Virus record (IMG/VR): IMGVR_UViG_2690316273_000016
Strand: one strand, 5' to 3'
Length of the DNA: 7,929 nucleotides
DNA from: a virus
Taxonomy: Duplodnaviria; Heunggongvirae; Uroviricota; Caudoviricetes
Both the position numbers and the translations under genes were made by a program. The notes under the pieces were generated by a model, which saw nothing but the letters and a program-made list of their open reading frames with translations, was not told the DNA's origin and did not search any database. Position 1 is the first letter of the stretch; each line of letters begins with the position of its first letter. Below are positions 1 to 6,065 of the stretch, piece after piece.

Positions 1-1074
1 ATGGGAAGAGGGACACAACCTGAACGCGTTAAGCTGGGAAATTATCCCGATCTGAGTCTGAAAGCAGCCAGGGAAAAAGCCGCCCAGTGTCGCGCATGGC
101 TGGCTGAGGGGAAAAATCCACGCTATGAACTGAATTACACCATGCAGGAAGCGTTAAAGCCTGTAACGGTTGGCGATGCGCTCACCTATTGGCTTGAGTC
201 GTACGCAAAGGAAAAGCGCACAGATTACGAATCACTGAAAAGCCGGATCAATAAAAACATAATCACCAAAATTGGTGCTATGCCGCTGGATAAATGCGAG
301 CTACGGCACTGGCTGGCCTGCTTTGACCAGGTGGCAAAGCGAACACCTGTTACTGCCGGATTCGTGCTACAGACATGCAAACAGGCGCTTAAGTACTGCC
401 GGAGGCGGCGCTATGTAATCAGTAACGTTCTCGATGATCTGAACGTAGCGGACGTTGGGAAAAAACCGGATATAAGCGAACGTGTCTTAAGCAATAAAGA
501 GCTGGGCGAATTATTGCAGGCACTGGACAAAAAAATATTTTCCCCCTACTACATCGCGCTAATCCGCCTCCTGATTGTGTTCGGATGCCGGACGGTCGAA
601 CTTAGGTTATCGGAGATCGGCGAGTGGGATTTTACCGAAATGCTCTGGACCGTTCCGAAGGAGCACAGCAAAACGAAGGTAGCCATATTCCGGCCTATAC
701 CGGAAGCAATACTGCCGTTCATCACGCAGCTGGTGGAGCAGAACAGGCACACGGGCTTATTGCTGGGGGAAGTGAAACAGGAGGCCAGCGTATCGCAGTA
801 TGGAAGATTAGCGCACAGGAGGCTTAATCACCCCCACTGGTCACTGCATGACATCCGGCGCACCTTTACAACCATGCTGAACGATTTAGGCGTTGATCCG
901 CATGTCGTGGAGCAGCTTACAGGACACCAGATGCCAGGGATGCAACGAGTCTATAATCACTCCCGTTATCTGGATGCGAAACGCAATGCGCTGGATATGT
1001 GGACGGAGCGGTTAGGGATACTGGCGGGAGCACATGAAAACGTAACCGCACTACCAGCAGCCAGAAGAAAATAA
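1..1074 (+). CDS. int: P4-family tyrosine integrase (site-specific recombinase), 5'-partial
   Basis: Open frame runs from the window edge to TAA at 1072-1074. Translation carries tyrosine-recombinase catalytic features: HxxR box (WSLHDIRRTF), a downstream His (LTGHQ) and a C-terminal Tyr (RVYNHSRY). The visible N-terminus (KLGNYPDLSLKAAREKAAQCRAWLAEGKNP) aligns with an internal part of the P4-type N-terminal domain, so about 50 residues are probably missing; the ATG at 1-3 is likely an internal Met. Confidence 0.9.
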   Translation: MGRGTQPERVKLGNYPDLSLKAAREKAAQCRAWLAEGKNPRYELNYTMQEALKPVTVGDALTYWLESYAKEKRTDYESLKSRINKNIITKIGAMPLDKCELRHWLACFDQVAKRTPVTAGFVLQTCKQALKYCRRRRYVISNVLDDLNVADVGKKPDISERVLSNKELGELLQALDKKIFSPYYIALIRLLIVFGCRTVELRLSEIGEWDFTEMLWTVPKEHSKTKVAIFRPIPEAILPFITQLVEQNRHTGLLLGEVKQEASVSQYGRLAHRRLNHPHWSLHDIRRTFTTMLNDLGVDPHVVEQLTGHQMPGMQRVYNHSRYLDAKRNALDMWTERLGILAGAHENVTALPAARRK

Positions 1075-1120
1075 TTTTTTTCGTGTTTTTTCAGTATGCG
1101 CATACTGGATAAGCACACAG

Positions 1121-1170
1121 ATACAACGGCGAACAATGTGAAACAACGTGGAACAACCACGAACAAGAGG
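1121..1170. repeat. Array of five tandem 10-bp units, consensus (G/A)AACAA-N4; putative protein-binding sites
   Basis: Read directly: atacaacggc / gaacaatgtg / aaacaacgtg / gaacaaccac / gaacaagagg at exact 10-bp spacing. 1148-1166 matches the reverse complement of 7348-7377 at about 18 of 19 positions. Confidence 0.5.
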
Positions 1171-1260
1171 CGAAAAAGTACACAGGTTTATAAGTGACTG
1201 ATTTTATTTGTATGACTGGTTTTTTATACATTAGCGAATAACGCTTTAACGCGTGAGAAA

Positions 1261-1289
1261 AAAGGCATAAAACGAGATTTTATGCCTTT
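1261..1289. terminator. Perfect 12-bp stem hairpin, putative bidirectional intrinsic terminator between int and alpA
   Basis: AAAGGCATAAAA (1261-1272), loop cgaga, TTTTATGCCTTT (1278-1289). On the minus strand the stem is followed by a T-run (complement of the A-run at 1254-1260); on the plus strand by A/T-rich gtattaatat. Confidence 0.4.
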
Positions 1290-1449
1290 GTATTAATATG
1301 AATTTAAATGATTTTATCCTGATTGTTCCTCTTTCTGTAAACCATACGGACTCAACATTTGCCAACTCTGAATCATCCTGACACAATCAGACACAACCCA
1401 ACCCAATAACCCACCCAATGACTCTTTAAGAAACAACAAAGGGGGAATT

Positions 1450-1638
1450 GTGTTAAGCACAGATCGCTTTATACGTGAAAAAGAATGTCAGCAACTTACA
1501 GGCCTGAGCCGCTCATGTCGGTATCGCCTGGAGAAGACCGGACAATTCCCATCACGGCGTAAACTCGGCGGTCGTTCCGTTGGCTGGTCTTTATCCGAAG
1601 TTCTGGCATGGAAGGACAGCCGCGAGGCAGTTCACTAA
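1450..1638 (+). CDS. alpA: AlpA-family phage transcriptional regulator (HTH)
   Basis: 62 codons, GTG start at 1450 four nt after GGGGG (1441-1445), stop TAA 1636-1638. The segment LTGLSRSCRYRLEKTGQFPSRRKLGGRSVGWSLSEVLAW fits the AlpA family pattern (TG-S--Y---G-FP---LG-RSVGW--EV--W). Position directly downstream of a P4-type integrase is typical. Confidence 0.85.
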   Translation: MLSTDRFIREKECQQLTGLSRSCRYRLEKTGQFPSRRKLGGRSVGWSLSEVLAWKDSREAVH

Positions 1639-1884
1639 TCAGGCTGGCGGCGCACCGCCGCCACCCATCCACTAACACAGAGATCTAACCATGAATACTG
1701 GATATACGCCCGAACAGGGGCGGGGCTTCGTTCGTCCTGGTGAAACTAAAAAGCCATGTTATCGGGTATTTTCAGGCATAAAAAAAGCGGCCCCGATAAG
1801 GAACCGCCTTTCTGAACAATTAACCTGCTGCGAAAAAAATGGATCAGTGCAGGGGAATTATATCAACCGTGTGGTGAAGCGCCA

Positions 1885-1922
1885 CTATTGCCGGATAACA
1901 AGCAAAACAAAGGCGACCGCAA
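1885..1922 (-). terminator. Putative intrinsic terminator for leftward transcription
   Basis: Stem GGCGACC (1902-1908) / GGTCGCC (1916-1922), loop gcaaaag. On the minus strand it is followed by TTTGTTTTGCTTG (complement of 1885-1901). No T-tract follows on the plus strand. Confidence 0.4.
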
Positions 1923-1998
1923 AAGGGTCGCCAGTGGGAACAAGGGAAAACAAAAGCATCGCCAACAATGCCACATTTGCGGCTGGTGGGCAATGCAA

Positions 1999-2187
1999 TC
2001 AGTCTGGTTCAGTTCGTTGCCATACCTGCAATGAGCGCTTTTCCCTGTACTCTTTAAGGAATTGCTCAAGGGCAAAAGCACATGGCGCGAATCTTTCTGA
2101 TTCATGCTCTATCTTTCTGCGCCGTCTTTTCCGTGCCGGTGATAATGTTTTGGTCAATTCTTTATCGGTCATTGTGTTGTCCTGCAT
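1999..2187 (-). CDS. Hypothetical small basic protein (57-62 aa), possible second gene of the leftward transcript
   Basis: Minus-strand ORF from the track; translation (…TDKELTKTLSPARKRRRRKIEHESERFAPCAFALEQFLKEYREKR…) looks more protein-like than the overlapping plus frame. Internal ATG at 2172 has an AGGA 7 nt upstream; the first ATG at 2187 has no clear SD. Lies between the upstream regulator gene and the 1885-1922 terminator. Weak support. Confidence 0.3.
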   Translation of the reverse strand: MQDNTMTDKELTKTLSPARKRRRRKIEHESERFAPCAFALEQFLKEYREKRSLQVWQRTEPD

Positions 2188-2229
2188 AGCAATGCGCCGT
2201 AATACCTTACACCACGGCGCTGGTGATGG

Positions 2230-2409
2230 TTATTCCTGCTCTTTGGCCTTGCGACGCTGGCGGTATTCAACTTCTCGCTTTAATGCTGCTGTTACAAACT
2301 GCCCTGTACTTTCACCAGGCATTTTTACCGCCTCAACATTGTTCATAACTTCATGCGGAACCCTTGCCGCAACTGTTTGTGATTTTGCGTTTACTGCTTT
2401 TGTTGCCAT
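2230..2409 (-). CDS. Small putative DNA-binding regulator (59 aa), possibly ribbon-helix-helix; repressor-like
   Basis: Absent from the ORF track (below 60 aa). Hand translation of the minus strand from ATG (complement of 2407-2409) to TAA (complement of 2230-2232): MATKAVNAKSQTVAARVPHEVMNNVEAVKMPGESTGQFVTAALKREVEYRQRRKAKEQE. SD AAGGGG sits 8 nt upstream. Putative strand-helix-GxS/T turn-helix layout is reminiscent of Arc/CopG RHH proteins. Divergent from a promoter region with three palindromic operators. Confidence 0.5.
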   Translation of the reverse strand: MATKAVNAKSQTVAARVPHEVMNNVEAVKMPGESTGQFVTAALKREVEYRQRRKAKEQE

Positions 2410-2438
2410 GTTGTGTACCCCTTACAAAAAACAAATGC

Positions 2439-2511
2439 AGTATGCAGGAAAAAAAATAAGTGTTCAACACTTGACGTGTTTAACACCAGAGCTTAAATTG
2501 GTGTTCAACAC
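2439..2511. promoter_or_regulatory. Divergent promoter/operator switch: three palindromic operators GTGTT(C/T)AACAC over back-to-back sigma70-like promoters
   Basis: Operators at 2460-2470 (GTGTTCAACAC), 2476-2486 (GTGTTTAACAC) and 2501-2511 (GTGTTCAACAC, flanked g…c). Rightward promoter: -35 TTGACG 2471-2476, 17-bp spacer, -10 TAAATT 2494-2499. Leftward promoter on the minus strand: -35 TTGAAC (complement of 2462-2467), 17-bp spacer, -10 CATACT (complement of 2439-2444). Operators overlap both -35 elements and the rightward start site. Confidence 0.55.
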
Positions 2512-2608
2512 CTTGCTGATGCAAGGTGCAGAAACGACGAAACCCGGCAGTGCGCTAACACTAACCGGGCTTCTAACCACCAACGATAGAAAGCGTATCG
2601 AGGTAGCT

Positions 2609-2812
2609 ATGAGAAATTATACCAGACACCCGCAAGGGCGGGACTCGTACAACCTGAATAAATACATCTGGCGTTTTATCGCCCTGAGCACGGCACAACC
2701 GCGCGTGATTACCATTGAGGCCACCAGCGAACAGGAAGCGCGTCAGCAATCTCCTGATGGCTGCGTGATGGTATTCGCTGCCCGTATTCGCCAGGGGGAA
2801 CACCATGATTAA
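2609..2812 (+). CDS. Hypothetical small protein (67 aa), first gene of the rightward replication operon
   Basis: ATG at 2609 with GAGG 5-6 nt upstream; stop TAA 2810-2812 overlaps the next start (ATGATTAA). It is the only protein-like part of the 373-aa stop-free frame. An in-frame ATG at 2519 is possible but lacks an SD. Confidence 0.55.
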   Translation: MRNYTRHPQGRDSYNLNKYIWRFIALSTAQPRVITIEATSEQEARQQSPDGCVMVFAARIRQGEHHD

Positions 2813-3014
2813 CCTGTCACTTACCGACCTTAACCGCGTTCAGTTTCGTGAGAAATTTACCGGGCAGCTACTGGTCAATGTGGATAAAGGTCGCGTGGTG
2901 TGTAATTACCACCTGCCAGATGAAGCCATTGTCGCAACAAGGGAATCATTACAGGAACTCGCAGAACGTGCCGGAATGATTAATGCGAATATTCAGGGGG
3001 TGAGACATGCATAA
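2805..3014 (+). CDS. Hypothetical small protein (69 aa), paralog of the next gene
   Basis: ATG 2805 preceded by GGGG; stop overlaps the next start. Shares a motif block with the downstream ORF (TGQLLVNVDKGRVVCNYHL versus TGRVLVYLEKGRVKCQCRL). Confidence 0.65.
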   Translation: MINLSLTDLNRVQFREKFTGQLLVNVDKGRVVCNYHLPDEAIVATRESLQELAERAGMINANIQGVRHA

Positions 3015-3219
3015 TCATGAATCGCACTTACCTGTAGTGCTGAATGTGCCGTCAGATTATACGGGGCGCGTACTGGTGTATCTGGAAAAAGGCCGGGTTA
3101 AATGTCAGTGCCGTTTAATGGAAAACGAATTTATCAGCACTCTTGCGGGATTTTCTGAAATGCTCACTAAATCGGGTGTTAGTGCAGACCAGCTACGCGG
3201 GGGCGATTATGCGAAATAA
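3007..3219 (+). CDS. Hypothetical small protein (70 aa), paralog of the previous gene
   Basis: ATG 3007 six nt after GGGGG; overlaps the previous stop (ATGcaTAA). Shares the TG--LV---KGRV-C block with 2805-3014. Confidence 0.65.
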   Translation: MHNHESHLPVVLNVPSDYTGRVLVYLEKGRVKCQCRLMENEFISTLAGFSEMLTKSGVSADQLRGGDYAK

Positions 3220-3427
3220 ACATGATATTGAAGACCTGGCATTTGAAGCCCTGCACTCTGCGAAAAAAATCAGGGAAGTCGTCAATATGTGGATGAACAG
3301 CCTTAGCACCGATAAATCCGATAGCAGAGAAGAAATTCTTATTTCTTTGTTGTTAGACCTGGCAAATACACAGGTTTCTCTGACATCTGATATTGAGCTC
3401 GCCGCTAAAAAGCTGCCTCTGGAGTAA
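3209..3427 (+). CDS. Hypothetical small protein (72 aa)
   Basis: The track frame opens at 3143, but the ATG at 3209 follows a G-rich SD (gggggcgatt) and overlaps the upstream stop (TAA 3217-3219), matching the coupling seen elsewhere in this operon. Stop TAA 3425-3427. Confidence 0.5.
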   Translation: MRNKHDIEDLAFEALHSAKKIREVVNMWMNSLSTDKSDSREEILISLLLDLANTQVSLTSDIELAAKKLPLE

Positions 3428-3433
3428 AAAAAC

Positions 3434-3721
3434 ATGAAAAAGAAAAATTCTGGCTTTACTGCCAGCGGCCCCGCTCGGCCTGAAATCCGCCCCGGCGATA
3501 TTTTCCGGGATAACTATGGCGGCACGGTAACGATAAAAGGCGTGGCAGAACGGCGCATCACTTACCGCCGTGATGGCTACGAATATGACTGCGTGATGCC
3601 TGTTTATCAGTTCCGGCGTGATTTCACGCTGGTGGGCCATCGTAAAGCCGTAAATCAGAAACGTGCAGCAAGTCATATCCGCAAAATTCGTGAAATGCTG
3701 GTCGCAGGGGGTAAAAAATGA
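3434..3721 (+). CDS. Hypothetical basic protein (95 aa)
   Basis: ATG 3434 with GGAG 9 nt upstream; stop TGA 3719-3721 overlaps the primase ATG at 3718 (ATGA). Protein-like composition, basic C-terminus. Confidence 0.6.
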   Translation: MKKKNSGFTASGPARPEIRPGDIFRDNYGGTVTIKGVAERRITYRRDGYEYDCVMPVYQFRRDFTLVGHRKAVNQKRAASHIRKIREMLVAGGKK

Positions 3722-5532
3722 AACTGGCACCGAACGTAAAACAGCAGTCACGCGGCATAAAACACAAAGAAACAGAAGTCATTATTTTTGCGGGTAGTGA
3801 TGCCTGGTCACACGCAAAACAATGGCAGGAACATGACGCGCGTATGGCCGGAGATAATGAGCCTCCTGTGTGGCTTGGGGAGCAGCAGTTATCCGAACTG
3901 GATAAGCTGCAAATTGTGCCGGAAGGCAGAAAATCCGTGCGCATATTCAGGGCCGGATATCTTGCGCCAGTAATGATAAAGGCGATTGGTCAGAAGCTGG
4001 CGGCGGCAGGCGTACAGGATGCAAATTTTTATCCTGAGGGTATGCACGGTCAGGAGGTGCAGAACTGGCGCGGATATCTGGCCCGTGAGCGCCAGAATCT
4101 TTCTGATGGTCTGGTGATTCAGCTTCCTGTTAAGAAAAAAACAGAAGACAGCGCCGCACCACTGGCGCTTAACCAGATGGGAGCAAGCCAGCGCGGCGAA
4201 GTTCTCCTGGCACATTATGGCGGTGAACTGGCGATTCATGCCGACTCTGACACTGTTCACCATTACAACGGCGTTGTATGGGAGCCGATTCAGGATAAAG
4301 AGTTACAGCGTGCTATGGCGCAGATTTTCATTGATGCGGAGATCAGCTATTCGCAGAACGCCATTAAATCGGCGGTCGATACCATGAAGTTAAGTTTGCC
4401 TGTAATGGGGAATACAGCCCGTAACCTGATTGGATTCAGTAACGGGGTATTTGATACCAGAACAGGTAATTTTCGGGAGCATAACAAAAACGACTGGTTG
4501 TTAATTGCCAGTGAATTACCTTTCAGCCCACCAGCAGAGGGGGAAACGCTGGCAACACATGCGCCGAATTTCTGGAAGTGGTTACGCTGCTCGGTGGCAG
4601 AGAATGACCGCAAGACGGATCGCGTGCTGGCTGCATTATTCATGGTGCTGGCGAACCGGTACGACTGGCAGTTATTCATTGAGGTAACAGGTCCAGGGGG
4701 AAGTGGTAAAAGCGTGATGGCGGAGATTTGCACTATGCTGGCGGGTAAGGCCAACACAGTATCGGCAAGCATGAAGGCGCTGGAAGATGCAAGGGAACGC
4801 GCGTTAGTGGTTGGCTTTTCGCTGATTATCATGCCGGATATGACCCGCTACGCTGGTGATGGCGCAGGAATTAAGGCCATTACAGGCGGTGACAAGGTGG
4901 CAATCGACCCGAAGCATAAAGCCCCCTACTCAACACGCATTCAGGCGGTCGTGCTGGCGGTGAACAATAACGCCATGTCATTCAGTGACCGCAGCGGGGG
5001 GATCTCACGTCGTCGGGTGATATTCAATTTTTCGGAGGTTGTACCGGAGAACGAGCGCGACCCCATGCTGGCAGAAAAAATAGAAGGAGAGCTGGCGGTT
5101 GTGATTCGCCATCTGCTTACTCGTTTTTCTGACCAGGACGAAGCTAAACGCCTGCTGTATGAGCAGCAGAAATCAGAAGAAGCTCTGGTGATAAAACGCG
5201 AGGGCGATTCGCTGGTGGACTTCTGTGGCTATCTCATGTCGTCGGTAATGTGTGATGGTCTGTTAGTGGGTAATGCCGAAATTATTCCGTTCAGTCCGCG
5301 CAGGTATCTTTATCACGCCTATCTGGCATATATGAGGGCACACGGATTCGGTAAACCTGTAACACTGACGCGCTTCGGTAAAGATATGCCGGGGGCAATG
5401 GCGGAATATGGCAGGGAGTATATAAAACGGAAAACGAAGCACGGTTTGCGTTCAAATGTGACACTGACAGAGGATTCAGAAGACTGTATGCCATCATGTG
5501 CATCGGTCACAAATGACGACAGCAAAAATTAA
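3718..5532 (+). CDS. P4-family phage/plasmid primase C-terminal domain protein (D5-like SF3 NTPase/helicase); element replication initiator
   Basis: 604-aa ORF. Walker A GPGGSGKS (…FIEVTGPGGSGKSVMAEI…). Flanking blocks (NGVFDTRTGNFREH…, …ITGGDKVAIDPKHKAPYS…, …RRRVIFNFSEVVPENERDPMLAEKI…) match the conserved layout of P4-family primase C-terminal / D5_N-type proteins. SD GGGGG precedes the start. Confidence 0.88.
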   Translation: MKLAPNVKQQSRGIKHKETEVIIFAGSDAWSHAKQWQEHDARMAGDNEPPVWLGEQQLSELDKLQIVPEGRKSVRIFRAGYLAPVMIKAIGQKLAAAGVQDANFYPEGMHGQEVQNWRGYLARERQNLSDGLVIQLPVKKKTEDSAAPLALNQMGASQRGEVLLAHYGGELAIHADSDTVHHYNGVVWEPIQDKELQRAMAQIFIDAEISYSQNAIKSAVDTMKLSLPVMGNTARNLIGFSNGVFDTRTGNFREHNKNDWLLIASELPFSPPAEGETLATHAPNFWKWLRCSVAENDRKTDRVLAALFMVLANRYDWQLFIEVTGPGGSGKSVMAEICTMLAGKANTVSASMKALEDARERALVVGFSLIIMPDMTRYAGDGAGIKAITGGDKVAIDPKHKAPYSTRIQAVVLAVNNNAMSFSDRSGGISRRRVIFNFSEVVPENERDPMLAEKIEGELAVVIRHLLTRFSDQDEAKRLLYEQQKSEEALVIKREGDSLVDFCGYLMSSVMCDGLLVGNAEIIPFSPRRYLYHAYLAYMRAHGFGKPVTLTRFGKDMPGAMAEYGREYIKRKTKHGLRSNVTLTEDSEDCMPSCASVTNDDSKN

Positions 5533-5544
5533 ACTTATGGAATA

Positions 5545-5775
5545 ACTGTTCACCACTGTTCACCCTGTTATAAATATCTTTTATATCAGTACATTATAGG
5601 GTGAACAGTTATTTGTGAACTGTTCACCAAACTATTCACTGTTCACCTTTTTGATTATTTATTGAGCTTTAAGGGTGAACAGTGGTGAACAGTTGGTGAA
5701 TAGTTTTTGTGAAACTGTTCACCCCTTAACATTATGAATAAAAAGGGAAAATCTCAAAAGGTGAACAGGTGAAGG
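5545..5775. repeat. Iteron array in both orientations (CTGTTCACC / GGTGAACAG) with AT-rich spacers; putative replication origin
   Basis: Forward TGTTCACC at 5547-5554, 5557-5564 (two tandem 10-bp ACTGTTCACC units), 5621-5628, 5640-5647, 5716-5723, plus variant CTATTCACT at 5632-5640. Reverse GGTGAACAG at 5600-5608, 5674-5682, 5684-5692, 5760-5768, variant GGTGAATAG at 5695-5703, half-site GTGAAC at 5615-5620. Lies directly 3' of the primase gene. Confidence 0.6.
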
Positions 5776-5819
5776 GTTAAAATGCAAAAATTTTATTTTA
5801 TTGCTGTGAGGTAAAGCCT

Positions 5820-6065
5820 GTGACAACGAAGCACGCAAAAAAACCACAATCTCACGCCCTTGATTTGACAGAACACTGGCTGAGGGTGGCGATAAAAATC
5901 ATCGACCGCAACGCGGGAGAAGGGTACGCAAAAGCACATCCCGAACTGATAAGCGCATTCATGACCACGGCGGCAGCAAACTTTGCCACGCTGACAGAAC
6001 GGGAGATTGCCGAAGCGGAACAGGTGACAACCATCAACGTTAAAACCGGAGAGCAGACAGCATGA
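5820..6065 (+). CDS. Hypothetical protein (81 aa), first gene of the accessory operon
   Basis: GTG start at 5820, GAGGT (5808-5812) 7 nt upstream; stop TGA 6063-6065 overlaps the ssb ATG at 6062 (ATGA). No family recognised by eye. Confidence 0.5.
   Translation: MTTKHAKKPQSHALDLTEHWLRVAIKIIDRNAGEGYAKAHPELISAFMTTAAANFATLTEREIAEAEQVTTINVKTGEQTA

Noticed and set aside
1-3. ATG at position 1 as the true integrase start codon
   Set aside because: The encoded N-terminus corresponds to an internal part of the P4-type integrase N-terminal domain, so the gene most likely begins upstream of the window.
549-827. Small ORFs 549-752 (-) and 624-827 (+) inside the integrase gene
   Set aside because: Embedded in or out of frame with the integrase coding sequence; low-complexity translations.
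966-1166. Minus-strand 66-aa ORF overlapping the integrase 3' end and the repeat array
   Set aside because: Overlaps the integrase coding region and the 10-bp repeat array; hydrophobic low-complexity translation with no SD.
1496-1678. Minus-strand 60-aa ORF antisense to alpA
   Set aside because: Antisense to a gene with clear AlpA family features; no start context.
2519-2608. Alternative upstream start (ATG 2519) for the 2609-2812 gene
   Set aside because: No SD, and it would begin inside the operator/promoter region near the predicted transcription start; kept as a possibility only.
1691-2812. 373-aa plus-strand ORF as a single protein
   Set aside because: Translation is Cys/Ser/Arg-rich and not protein-like for about 300 codons. 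It runs through a better-supported minus-strand gene (2230-2409) and through the operator/promoter region, and its putative start has no SD. Only the last 67 codons (2609-2812, own SD) are called as a gene.
3143-3208. Upstream extension of the 3209-3427 ORF (94-aa version)
   Set aside because: The extension overlaps the preceding gene by 77 nt and lacks an SD, whereas the internal ATG at 3209 has a G-rich SD and the stop/start overlap typical of this operon.
3353-3944. Minus-strand ORFs 3353-3751 and 3624-3944
   Set aside because: Antisense shadow ORFs across well-supported plus-strand genes; Cys/Ser-rich translations and no start context.
3889-4832. Minus-strand ORFs 3889-4263 and 4347-4832, and plus-strand ORFs 3788-3973 and 4505-4687, inside the primase gene
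   Set aside because: All lie within or out of frame with the well-supported 604-aa primase gene and show no independent signals; treated as shadow ORFs.
5291-5525. Minus-strand ORFs at the primase 3' end
   Set aside because: Embedded antisense to the primase coding sequence; no RBS or promoter context.
5545-5775. CRISPR array
   Set aside because: Repeat units are only 8-10 bp, occur in both orientations with irregular spacing, and have no spacer-like unique segments of regular length; the pattern fits iterons, not CRISPR.
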